A stretch of 64,000 nucleotides of DNA, from the NCBI GenBank assembly GCA_028716165.1, contig JAQUQI010000004.1:18715-82714 (forward strand), given 5' to 3'. Every line of letters begins with the position of its first letter. The first letter of the stretch is position 1. The DNA is from Candidatus Omnitrophota bacterium (GTDB lineage: Bacteria > Omnitrophota > Gorgyraeia > JABMRG01). Below, one piece after another: positions 37,860 through 47,188 of this stretch. The notes beneath the pieces are model-generated. The model was not told the DNA's origin. It did not search any database and saw only the letters and a program-made list of their open reading frames with translations. Position numbers and translations under genes: made by a program.

Positions 37860-38720
37860 ATGAGGCAGAGGCTATGGATTTTTGCAGTATCGGTATTGTG
37901 TTTTTTTTGCGCGTGTTCTAGCGCTTTTTCCGAATCAGATATCAGTGTTATTTATGTAAAAGGCGTGGTCAATATCCAGAAGGCCGATGACGCAAAATGG
38001 CAGATAGCAACGCGGGGGATGGCGCTTGATGAAAAAGACAGGATCAAGACACTGGACGGTTCAGAAGTATCTATCGCCCTTGATACTTCCAACAAGAATA
38101 TCGTAACGCTTTCGCAAAATTCAGAAATAAGTATTGCCGATGCTAAAAAAAAGCATCTATCGCTTTATAACGGCAGGATATTCGCCCTGATAGAAGGAGT
38201 TGAATCGGCGTCGTCTTTTCAGGTGCGCACACCTACAGCGGTCGCGGGGGTTTCAGGCAGCGGCATGTCGGTTGAATCTGATGGCAACAATACGACTGTC
38301 GGGTGTTTTGAAGACATGGCATATGTCCAAGGTATTAATGAAGACGGCACACTAATGGCCGAGATAGTTATTATTGATAACGGATTCAAGCGGGTTATAG
38401 GCAGATTTGAAATGCCCGGGGATCTTATCATGCTGTCGGATTTTGATAGAGAGGGCTGGTCGCAATTCAGGCAGAACTTAAAAGAGTATCTTAGCTGGCT
38501 TGGAGATAAGCGCGAGCAAGGTTTACAAGGCGCCGCGGACGCTATGGACGCTATCCAGGGGATGCAGGAGCGCCTGAATGACATAAGAGATGACAATAAG
38601 GAGAACATATTTGAACGTGACGAACACCAGAAAAGAGACGACGAGCGCGATAATAAAGACAGGCCCTCTGACGGCGGAGGTGACGGCCGGCCTTCATACA
38701 CTACCGGTATCGGAGTCTAA
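37860..38720 (+). CDS. Secreted FecR-domain-like protein with acidic C-terminal tail
   Basis: Signal peptide (Cys-containing), a beta-rich region resembling FecR/DUF4974 domains, and an E/D/R-rich C-terminus. Confidence 0.5.
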   Translation: MRQRLWIFAVSVLCFFCACSSAFSESDISVIYVKGVVNIQKADDAKWQIATRGMALDEKDRIKTLDGSEVSIALDTSNKNIVTLSQNSEISIADAKKKHLSLYNGRIFALIEGVESASSFQVRTPTAVAGVSGSGMSVESDGNNTTVGCFEDMAYVQGINEDGTLMAEIVIIDNGFKRVIGRFEMPGDLIMLSDFDREGWSQFRQNLKEYLSWLGDKREQGLQGAADAMDAIQGMQERLNDIRDDNKENIFERDEHQKRDDERDNKDRPSDGGGDGRPSYTTGIGV

Positions 38721-39750
38721 TACCAGGCCCCTATATAAAATACTTTTTCTGTGTTGCTGTCTTCTGTGCGCCGTCATTACGCCTTTGCGCGCTGATGAGG
38801 AGGATACGAGAGAGAAACACAAAGACGCCAGCCAGCCTGCTGTAAAGGCTGTCCGGCAGGGCGGTAAGTCAGATGCTCAAAGTAGATTGTCGTATAATTT
38901 CTACGCGGGCGCATTAGAAGGCTATGACAACAACGTATATCTTGACTCAAGGCGCAAGGGAGGATTGTTTGATCAGTTTAACGCGGACGCTGTTTTGCGA
39001 TACGCGGTCAACAAAGCGTTAAACATAAAAGCTAAATATGATTTTACCGGTATTTTGTACCATGAGTTTACCGATGTCAGCATGATGGACAACCAGCTTT
39101 CCGCTTCATTTGAATATTATCATCGGAACAATGTAAAGGTTGAGACGGGTTACGGCATTGATTTCGTGGATTATTTTAAAGGTAAAGATTCGGACCTTGC
39201 CTCTGACGGCCCGTTTGCCGGGATAAGGTATTACATAGGCCGCATGGCATATATGGGAGGCATGTACCAGTATACTGTTTATGATTACAGGTCCAGAAAG
39301 ATACGCGACAGCTCCGATACCGAAATAGATTTAACGCGCAAAGACCGCAGGCACACTATTATCGCCGAATTCGCGACATATTTAAAAAAGGTTTTTATCA
39401 AGGTAAAAAACACGTATTTTATTAATAATTCAAACGATGAATATCTTGATTATTATGATTACAGTTCAGAGCGGATTAACCTTTATGCCGCATATCCTGT
39501 CAGCGAAAAATTGACCGTGCTTATAAACGGGGGATATCAGAGAAAAGATTTTAAGTCGCGCGTAACCAAGAAAGATCCAAGCAAGAAGGAGCGTGATAAT
39601 ATTATGATGCTCGGTACAGGCCTGTTTTATCAATTATCGCCGTCTTGTTCATTTAACCTGGATTATTCTTATCGCCAGAACTATTCCAACGACCCCATCC
39701 AGGAGTATTCAGGCAGTATAATAACTGCCGGAATAAACATTTCCTTTTAA
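38590..39750 (+). CDS. Putative outer-membrane beta-barrel protein (start codon uncertain)
   Basis: Alternating amphipathic beta-strand pattern rich in Y/G/N/D and a C-terminal ...GINISF (terminal Phe). The hydrophobic signal-like segment KILFLCCCLLCAVITPLRA lies ~45 codons after the first ATG. The real start may be the GTG at ~38680, which follows GGAGG. Confidence 0.45.
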   Translation: MTIRRTYLNVTNTRKETTSAIIKTGPLTAEVTAGLHTLPVSESNTRPLYKILFLCCCLLCAVITPLRADEEDTREKHKDASQPAVKAVRQGGKSDAQSRLSYNFYAGALEGYDNNVYLDSRRKGGLFDQFNADAVLRYAVNKALNIKAKYDFTGILYHEFTDVSMMDNQLSASFEYYHRNNVKVETGYGIDFVDYFKGKDSDLASDGPFAGIRYYIGRMAYMGGMYQYTVYDYRSRKIRDSSDTEIDLTRKDRRHTIIAEFATYLKKVFIKVKNTYFINNSNDEYLDYYDYSSERINLYAAYPVSEKLTVLINGGYQRKDFKSRVTKKDPSKKERDNIMMLGTGLFYQLSPSCSFNLDYSYRQNYSNDPIQEYSGSIITAGINISF

Positions 39751-41684
39751 TGCCAAAGCCAAAAATCAGCAGAAAGGCTTTAAGATATTCAATAGTTGTT
39801 ATCATACTAACCAGTGTGATAATGGCCTCCTATTTCCGCGTTTTTGAGACCTTTGAACTTTCCACGTTAGACCTTCGTTTCAGGACCCGGCCCCGGCAAA
39901 GTGTTATAAGCGATATAGCGATAATAGAAATCGCTCAGGATACTATTGATAAGATAGGCCAATGGCCGATAGACAGGAAATTCCACGCAGCCCTGGTTGA
40001 TACCCTTACTGCCTGCGGGGTCAAGGCAGTTATATTTGATATATTATTCAGCACAAAAAGCAATCAGCTTTCAGACGCGCAGCTTGTTGAATCAGTTTCA
40101 TCCGCCGGTAATGTGTATTTGCCTGTTGCCATGCGCCTAAGTGAGAATATTACCTCCGGCGTATTTCCTGACGCGGTATCCGTTGAATCAGGGCCTATGC
40201 CGGAACTGGCTGAAAAGGCCCGCGGCATAGGCCACATAAATGTTATTACCGACATAGACGGCAAGAGAAGGCGCGTGCCTTTGTTTATCAGCTATGGAAA
40301 GGAATTGATACCGCAAATATCTTTGTTGGCTGTTTGCGATGCTTTGTCCATAGACATAAAAAGCATCAAGGTTGAAAACGGGAAGCTTCTCGTGCCTGGG
40401 CCCGGACTGGAGATACCCGTTGATTCACGCGGCCAGATAATGATAAATTACGCAGGCAGATGGGGAGAGGTATTCAGCCATTATTCATTCATAGATATAC
40501 TTACCTCCTACAGGGATTATTGCAGGGGCGGGAAAGGCATTATTGACCTTGAACAACTACGCGGCAAGATATGCATTGTAGGCCTTACCGCCGTAGCCAC
40601 GCACGATCTCAATCCCATGCCGTTGCAGCAACGCTATCCTATGGTCGGTCTTCACGCCAATTTGATTAATACGATACTGCTGAAGAACTTTATCCTAAGG
40701 GCCAGCCCGCTTGTTAATATACTTATATTGATTATTTTATCAGCGCTTGTCGCGGCCGCTGTATTCAAATTAAAACCACTGCTGGAAGTATTATCGGCTT
40801 TTTGTATTGTCACGGGATTTATCGCCGTGTCGTTTGCTTTGTTCGCTTTTTTAAATATATGGATAGACCTGTTTTACCCGCTTATACTTATTGCCGCGGT
40901 TTATATTTCGTGTACTTTTTACCAGTACATACTTGAGCAGAATAAAAGAGTCCTCATGCAGAGGGATCTTAATATAGCGAAACGGATACAACAGAGTTTT
41001 TTAAGGCAATCCCCTCCCGAATCGGACATTGTTGACATATCGTTTAAGATGGAGCCCGCCAAGTCTATAGGAGGCGATCTTTATGATTTTGTGACAAACG
41101 ATGACCAGAGCCTCGGGGTAATGATTGGAGATGTTTCCGGAAAGGGTGTGCCCGCGGCGCTGTTTATGGCCATGACTGTTAGTAATTTCAGGTTTCATGC
41201 CAAAACCGAGCCGGATCCTGTAAAGGTAGTTACATCGCTTAATAACCAGATAGCTACGGAATCTACATCGGGGCTTTTTGTGACCCTGACGTATATTAAT
41301 ATTAATGCGAAACATATGAAGCTTTCTATCGTTGATGCCGGACATTTGCCTGTAGTTCATGCAAGACGCTCGTCAAAAACGGTATTGATAGAGGCGCATA
41401 GCGGTATGGCGCTGGGAGTTATGGATGGAATAGAATTTTCCATGCGAGAAATTCCCATGGCGCCGGGGGATGTGTTTGTAATTTATACCGACGGAGTTAC
41501 AGAGGCGCGTAACGCGGCCAAAGAAGAATTCGGCGAGGACAGGCTCAAGGACAGCGTATCAAGGTATAAAAGTTTGACCGCGAAAGAAATCACCGAGAAT
41601 ATATATAGCGATATTCTGCGTTTTCGTAAGAGGGCCCCGCAGCATGACGATATTACCATTATGGTTATAAAGGTCAAAGGGTAG
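39750..41684 (+). CDS. CHASE2-sensor PP2C (SpoIIE/RsbU-type) serine phosphatase
   Basis: N-terminal TM helix, periplasmic CHASE2 domain, three TM helices, and a C-terminal PP2C domain (IGGDLYDF...GDVSGKGVPAALFMA...DGVTEA). Confidence 0.8.
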   Translation: MPKPKISRKALRYSIVVIILTSVIMASYFRVFETFELSTLDLRFRTRPRQSVISDIAIIEIAQDTIDKIGQWPIDRKFHAALVDTLTACGVKAVIFDILFSTKSNQLSDAQLVESVSSAGNVYLPVAMRLSENITSGVFPDAVSVESGPMPELAEKARGIGHINVITDIDGKRRRVPLFISYGKELIPQISLLAVCDALSIDIKSIKVENGKLLVPGPGLEIPVDSRGQIMINYAGRWGEVFSHYSFIDILTSYRDYCRGGKGIIDLEQLRGKICIVGLTAVATHDLNPMPLQQRYPMVGLHANLINTILLKNFILRASPLVNILILIILSALVAAAVFKLKPLLEVLSAFCIVTGFIAVSFALFAFLNIWIDLFYPLILIAAVYISCTFYQYILEQNKRVLMQRDLNIAKRIQQSFLRQSPPESDIVDISFKMEPAKSIGGDLYDFVTNDDQSLGVMIGDVSGKGVPAALFMAMTVSNFRFHAKTEPDPVKVVTSLNNQIATESTSGLFVTLTYININAKHMKLSIVDAGHLPVVHARRSSKTVLIEAHSGMALGVMDGIEFSMREIPMAPGDVFVIYTDGVTEARNAAKEEFGEDRLKDSVSRYKSLTAKEITENIYSDILRFRKRAPQHDDITIMVIKVKG

Positions 41685-41770
41685 ACACTGTCTTTAGCAT
41701 TCATCCATGTGATCTGTATTTTGTTTAGCGAATTTTATACGAATAATGTAAACCAATATTTATATTTGAG

Positions 41771-41798
41771 TTGACAATTTCATTGCCTTGTTTATAAT
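41771..41798 (+). promoter_or_regulatory. Sigma70-like promoter (TTGACA-16-TATAAT) ending 6 nt before the TonB-receptor ATG
   Basis: TTGACA 41771-41776, 16-nt spacer, TATAAT 41793-41798, ATG at 41805; implies a leaderless or near-leaderless transcript. Confidence 0.35.
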
Positions 41799-41804
41799 GC
41801 CTTC

Positions 41805-43625
41805 ATGGCGTATCTATATTCATTTAGGGTGTTTTTATTTATTACCGCGTGCCTGTCTTCGGTTTTCGCCTTTTCATGCCCTTGCGTCTGCGCGGATATT
41901 GAACTTGAACCTATAACGGTTTATATCCAGCCGGGCGAGAATATAACCCACGAAAACCCTTCCAGAGATGAAGACATTATAAACCGTTCTTGGCGCGAAA
42001 CGAGTAGCATAGATATTTTACTGGATACGGAACCCGGTGTTGACATATCAAGGCGCGGGGTATCGGGTATACAATCAGATATGAGCATAAGAGGGTGCGG
42101 CGCAGGCCAGGTGTCAGTGGCGATAAACGGGGTGACGGTAAACGATCCGCAAACCAGCCATCACAACCTTGACCTGCCTCTCCCGCAATTTGCCGTAGAA
42201 AATATAGAGATAGTAAAAGGCCAGTCAACTAAGCCCTGGGCCCAGAGCGGAATAGGCGGATCGGTAAATATCAAGGCCAGAAGGCCCCGGGACACGCAGT
42301 CTTGGGTGTTTTTTGGCCGCGGTTCAGATTGCGCAGAAAATACCGGCGTATATTCCTGTTTTGCCAAAGAGGACAAGGGCGTAAATGTCGCGGCAGAGCA
42401 GTCATCTTCCGAAGGTTATAGGCAAGGCACTGATTATAAACAATTTGCGGTCTCGTCTTCGGCGGCATTTCCGTTTGGAGATAAGGTATCCAATTATGCC
42501 CTGGCAGGGTATGGCGAGAAAGAATACGGCGCATCCAACTTTTACGTTCCATATGATTCGCGGGAATGGACGGACACGCTTTTTTTAAACTGGCAGTCCA
42601 GCGCCCAAATTGGAAATCTTACTGTCCGGCCCAACCTGTATTACAGGCGGCATCACGATAAATTTATGCTTGATATAAGACGCCAGGATTTCTATATTAA
42701 TCGTCACATTACGAAGGTTTCAGGGGCCATGGTTGAAGCGGAGATAGGCTTTGATACTGCGGGTGAGCTTGGTTTTTTAATTGATATTTGCAACCAGTCT
42801 ATTAAGAGCACAAGGCTTGTCAAAGATTCTCGTCTTCGCGCTTCTTACGCCTTGTCGTGGAAGGTCCACCACAATCCCGCGGCAGGTTTTGATTTATCCG
42901 CCCGCGTGGATAGCTATTCGGATTTTAATACCCGTATCCTGCCGCAGGCAGGCATATATATAAGGCCTTATAATTTTATTAAATTCAGGGCCGCCGTATC
43001 AAGGTCTTTAATGCCCGCTGATTATACGCAATTATACTATGAAGACGCGGTAAGCTCCGGCAACAGGAACCTGTCTCCGGAAAGCGCAATAAATTATGAG
43101 GCCGGTTTTGACATTACTGCCGCCAAGGGCAATATGGATTTGTCCCTGACGGTTTTTAACAGGCACACGGATAATATGATAGACTGGGTCAAATATGATG
43201 TCTCGGATCAGGTCTTCCGGGCGGAAAATATAGCGAAAGTAAGGACGCTTGGTTTTGAAGGGGCCGCCAGCGCTTTTATTGCCGGTTGTCTGAAAATTAA
43301 AACAGGATATTCCTATTCCGGCTCTGATATCATAAACTCAAGAGATTTTATTTCCAGATACGTTACAGGCCGCGATGAGCACAAATTGTTTGCCATGGCG
43401 CAATTGTTCCTGCCTTTCGGCGTCCAGACCGTGGATATAATTTATAAGAACAAAAAAGACTATAACAATTATTTTTTGACAAATTGTAACATGAACTATG
43501 ATTTGAACCGTAATATAAGCCTGTTTTTCGCGGTTGACAACGTATTTAATAAGACGTATTGGGATATAACGGATAGCCTGATGCCAGGCAGGCAGTATTT
43601 GGCCGGTATGAGAGCGAAATTTTAA
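41805..43625 (+). CDS. TonB-dependent outer-membrane receptor (BtuB-sized)
   Basis: Signal peptide, plug-domain motifs (DTEPGVDISRRG...SIRGCGAGQVSVAINGVTVNDPQ...IEIVKGQS), 22-strand-barrel-like remainder, C-terminal aromatic (RAKF). Confidence 0.75.
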   Translation: MAYLYSFRVFLFITACLSSVFAFSCPCVCADIELEPITVYIQPGENITHENPSRDEDIINRSWRETSSIDILLDTEPGVDISRRGVSGIQSDMSIRGCGAGQVSVAINGVTVNDPQTSHHNLDLPLPQFAVENIEIVKGQSTKPWAQSGIGGSVNIKARRPRDTQSWVFFGRGSDCAENTGVYSCFAKEDKGVNVAAEQSSSEGYRQGTDYKQFAVSSSAAFPFGDKVSNYALAGYGEKEYGASNFYVPYDSREWTDTLFLNWQSSAQIGNLTVRPNLYYRRHHDKFMLDIRRQDFYINRHITKVSGAMVEAEIGFDTAGELGFLIDICNQSIKSTRLVKDSRLRASYALSWKVHHNPAAGFDLSARVDSYSDFNTRILPQAGIYIRPYNFIKFRAAVSRSLMPADYTQLYYEDAVSSGNRNLSPESAINYEAGFDITAAKGNMDLSLTVFNRHTDNMIDWVKYDVSDQVFRAENIAKVRTLGFEGAASAFIAGCLKIKTGYSYSGSDIINSRDFISRYVTGRDEHKLFAMAQLFLPFGVQTVDIIYKNKKDYNNYFLTNCNMNYDLNRNISLFFAVDNVFNKTYWDITDSLMPGRQYLAGMRAKF

Positions 43626-43999
43626 AAATTCTCAAATGCCTGTTCGCGGCTTTCAAATATCTTGAAAAAATCTGTAAGGCAAGCCATGTCAAAAACCTCT
43701 TTCGCTTTTCCCTTAAGCCCTACCAGCCGGAGCTCGCCTTTATTTGTCCCAAGCCTGGTTTTAGCGTTTATGAAAGCGCCTAATCCGGCGCTGTCAAGGT
43801 AATCAATATTGGTCAGGTCCGCTATGATCTTGAGATTGCCTTTATTTATATGGGAGTCTATGATATTCGTGATAACCTCGGCCGTGTAGCTGTCTATCTG
43901 TCCGGAAAGCTCAAGTATGGCAATGTCATCGGTGCCTTTGAGCTCTATCTCCAACGTGCCAATCATGCCCAGTATTTTCTTTTTCATTGGTTCCCCCAT
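43622..43999 (-). CDS. STAS-domain anti-sigma-factor antagonist (second copy)
   Basis: SpoIIAA-like fold with DSAGLGAFINA (candidate phospho-Ser); convergent with the TonB-receptor gene, stops overlapping. Confidence 0.7.
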   Translation of the reverse strand: MGEPMKKKILGMIGTLEIELKGTDDIAILELSGQIDSYTAEVITNIIDSHINKGNLKIIADLTNIDYLDSAGLGAFINAKTRLGTNKGELRLVGLKGKAKEVFDMACLTDFFKIFESREQAFENF

Positions 44000-44090
44000 T
44001 TTTACGAGCAGAATGTTTTTCGCGATTTCATAATCATATTAAAATGCCTGTCTGTTAATTTGGCGCGCTGAAAAAATTCAAAGTGATATA

Positions 44091-44177
44091 TGGTGCCGAG
44101 AGTGGGAATTGAACCCACATGACCTTGCGATCATCGGTTTTTGAGACCGACGCGTATGCCAGTTCCGCCATCTCGGC
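44091..44177 (-). tRNA. tRNA-Leu (anticodon CAA), class II with long variable arm
   Basis: The reverse complement folds as a cloverleaf: acceptor GCCGAGA, anticodon loop cUCAAa, long variable arm, T-loop GGTTCAATTCC, encoded CCA. Confidence 0.85.
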
Positions 44178-44195
44178 AATGGTTTATTAGATGAT

Positions 44196-44224
44196 ATTTT
44201 ATATTTACTCGTTTGGCAAGTCAA
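44196..44224 (-). promoter_or_regulatory. Sigma70-like promoter for tRNA-Leu(CAA) (TTGACT-17-TAAAAT, minus strand)
   Basis: Read on the minus strand, -35 is at 44219-44224 and -10 at 44196-44201, ~19 nt upstream of the mature 5' end. Confidence 0.4.
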
Positions 44225-44459
44225 GCTAATTAATGGCGCCCTATCAGTCCCTTTTACGCGATAAGCGATCAATTTTTTCCTTTATACGCTGAACATATAA
44301 GGCAGATAGCGGGTATTATATTGAATATTTATTGTAAAGTGTTTAATACTAATACATTACGTAAAAAAACATCCATTTTGAATAAAACGGCCTCTATTAT
44401 GCCTTGACTTTTTATATATTATGTCTTAATATAGCGGATAAAAGGCAGTTGGTATGGCT

Positions 44460-44535
<76 letters not shown>

Positions 44536-44547
44536 ATATGGGAAAAA

Positions 44548-44576
44548 ATTATAACATTAATAGCTTGTATTGTCAA
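44548..44576 (-). promoter_or_regulatory. Consensus sigma70 promoter for tRNA-Ala (TTGACA-17-TATAAT, minus strand)
   Basis: Minus-strand -35 TTGACA (44571-44576) and -10 TATAAT (44548-44553) with a 17-nt spacer, ~12 nt upstream of the tRNA 5' end. Confidence 0.5.
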
Positions 44577-44665
44577 TGTTCAACTTGTCTAAGTTTTTGT
44601 TTACCTTTATTTTCGCCTGTTTCTCTTAACGCAAATCGGCATAGGCCTGCCCGGAAAGAAATGAT

Positions 44666-47125
44666 ATGAGTGAAAAGTTATATCCCTTTGATGATATTGA
44701 AAAAAAATGGCAGGATTATTGGCTTAAGATGGGCCTTTTTCGCATGGATCCAAAGGATGCCAGGGAAAAATATTATTGCCTTGTGATGTTCCCTTATCCT
44801 TCCGGCAAACTGCATGTCGGACACGGCAGAAATTATATTATAGGCGATGCCATAGCCCGATACAAGATCATGAAAGGTTATAATGTGCTTTCTCCGATGG
44901 GCTGGGATGCCTTCGGCCTTCCGGCTGAAAATGCCGCTATTAAGGGCGGGGTGCACCCGAAGGAGTCAACACTTAATAATATTGCCGCCATGAAGAGGCA
45001 GCTTTCCCGCTGGGGCGCGGGTTATGACTGGAAGCGTGAGATAACGTCATGCCTGCCCGATTACTATAAATGGACGCAGTGGATATTTCTGGAATTATTT
45101 AATAAAGGGCTTGCCTATAAAAAAAAGGCGTCCGTAAACTGGTGCCCTTCATGCAATACCGTGCTTGCCAATGAGCAGGTGGTAGGCGGCCTTTGCGAGC
45201 GTTGCGACAGCAGGGTTGTGGATAAAGACCTGGAGCAGTGGTTTTTTAAGATAACGGATTATGCCCAGAAGCTTTTAGATGACCTGGCAGGCCTGGCGTC
45301 CTGGCCTGAAAGGGTCAAGACAATGCAGGCCAATTGGATAGGCAGGAGCGCGGGTATAAATATTGATTTTCCGGTTGACGGCGCGGGCTTTAACATTACC
45401 TGTTTTACTACGAGAGTTGATACTATTTTTGGCGCCACGTATATGGTGATTGCTCCCGAGCATCCGGATTTGGCAAGGTTGGTTGAAAACAGCGGCAAAA
45501 AAGAGGAGATTCTGGAATTCATAGCTTCGGCAAGGGCAGAATCCAGGGTGTCGCGATTTGCGGATGAGGCGGAAAAGAAAGGAATATTTACAGGCCATTA
45601 TGTTATCAACCCTGTTAATAAAAAAAGGATACCTCTTTGGATGGCTAATTATGTGCTTATGGAATACGGCACGGGGGCTGTTATGGCTGTGCCCGCGCAC
45701 GACCAAAGAGATTTTGATTTCGCAAGAAAATATCATTTGGAGGTAAAGGTTGTCATAGATAACCCGCTCGCGCCCGGGATCGCGGGAAAAGATATGAATG
45801 CCGCGTATGTTGAAGACGGAGTCATGGTTAATTCCGGTCAGTTTAACGCTTTGCCTAACAAGGCGGCTGCTGTCAAAATTGCCGACTGGATGGAGGCTGA
45901 AGGCATGGGGCGCAGGTCTGTTCATTATAAATTAAGGGATTGGCTGATATCAAGACAGCGTTATTGGGGAGCCCCTATACCCATTGTTTATTGCAGTAAA
46001 TGCGGTATTGTGGCTGTTCCAAAAAAAGACTTGCCCGTATTACTTCCAGACAAGGTGGAATTCAAGCCTTATGGCGAATCGCCACTGGCCGGCATCAAGG
46101 ATTTCGTAAATACAAAGTGCCCCAAGTGCGGCGGCAATGCCCGGCGCGAGGTTGACACAATGGATACTTTTGTTGATTCAAGCTGGTATTTTTTGCGCTA
46201 TCTGTCGCCTAAAAACGAAGAGGGCGCTTTTGATAAGGACATTGTTGACAGATGGCTTCCGGTTGACCAGTATATCGGCGGCGTAGAGCACGCAATACTG
46301 CATTTATTATATTCCAGGTTTATCACCAAGGTTTTGGCCGATCTCGGACACATTGGTTTTAAGGAGCCCTTTAAGGCGTTGTTTACACAAGGCATGATAA
46401 TAAAAGACGGGGCTAAGATGTCAAAATCAAAAGGAAATGTTGTCTCCCCTGATGAGTTAGTCATAAATTATGGCGCGGATACGGTCAGACTCTACACTTT
46501 GTTTATAGGCCCGCCTGAAAAAGACGCCGAATGGAATGACAGGGCGGTGGAGGGCGCTTACAGGTTTTTAGGGCGCCTATGGAAATTGGTATCGCAGACA
46601 GGCGCCGGTATCGCGCCTGTAAAAAATAATCCCGGACCGGGTGACAAGAGGCTTGAGTGCAAGATGCATCAGACGATAAAAAAGGTTACAAAAGACATGG
46701 AAGTGGATTTTAAGTTCAATACGGCCATAAGCGCTGTTATGGAGCTTGCCAATGATGCTCATTTCGCCGTGGAAAACGGCGATACATATTATTTCAAAGA
46801 CGTTATTACCAGTATTGTTCTTTTGTTATCGCCTTTTGTGCCGCACATAGCTGAAGAGCTGTGGCAGAGGCTTGGTAACAGGCCGAGCGTTTTTAACCAC
46901 CCATGGCCGGTTTTTGATGATTCCAAGACCAGGGAAGAGACCCTTACGATTGCTGTAATGATTAACGGAAAACTGCGGTCTAAAATTGAAATCAATGACA
47001 CGGCATCTGAAGATCAGGTTGGGGCCGCCGCATTGGCTGATAGCAAGATTGGCCGATGCATGGGATCTGCTTGCGCGAAAAAGGTCATTGTTGTTGCTAA
47101 AAAATTGGTGAATATAGTAATTTAA
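44666..47125 (+). CDS. leuS: Leucyl-tRNA synthetase
   Basis: HVGH motif (PYPSGKLHVGHGRNY), KMSKS (KMSKSKGN), editing-domain and zinc-knuckle regions; 819 aa. Confidence 0.95.
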   Translation: MSEKLYPFDDIEKKWQDYWLKMGLFRMDPKDAREKYYCLVMFPYPSGKLHVGHGRNYIIGDAIARYKIMKGYNVLSPMGWDAFGLPAENAAIKGGVHPKESTLNNIAAMKRQLSRWGAGYDWKREITSCLPDYYKWTQWIFLELFNKGLAYKKKASVNWCPSCNTVLANEQVVGGLCERCDSRVVDKDLEQWFFKITDYAQKLLDDLAGLASWPERVKTMQANWIGRSAGINIDFPVDGAGFNITCFTTRVDTIFGATYMVIAPEHPDLARLVENSGKKEEILEFIASARAESRVSRFADEAEKKGIFTGHYVINPVNKKRIPLWMANYVLMEYGTGAVMAVPAHDQRDFDFARKYHLEVKVVIDNPLAPGIAGKDMNAAYVEDGVMVNSGQFNALPNKAAAVKIADWMEAEGMGRRSVHYKLRDWLISRQRYWGAPIPIVYCSKCGIVAVPKKDLPVLLPDKVEFKPYGESPLAGIKDFVNTKCPKCGGNARREVDTMDTFVDSSWYFLRYLSPKNEEGAFDKDIVDRWLPVDQYIGGVEHAILHLLYSRFITKVLADLGHIGFKEPFKALFTQGMIIKDGAKMSKSKGNVVSPDELVINYGADTVRLYTLFIGPPEKDAEWNDRAVEGAYRFLGRLWKLVSQTGAGIAPVKNNPGPGDKRLECKMHQTIKKVTKDMEVDFKFNTAISAVMELANDAHFAVENGDTYYFKDVITSIVLLLSPFVPHIAEELWQRLGNRPSVFNHPWPVFDDSKTREETLTIAVMINGKLRSKIEINDTASEDQVGAAALADSKIGRCMGSACAKKVIVVAKKLVNIVI

Positions 47126-47188
47126 TCGTTTGATATCATTGCGGAGACTGCGCCCGCGTGTTTGCAGCCGCCGCATACGGGAGGAAAC

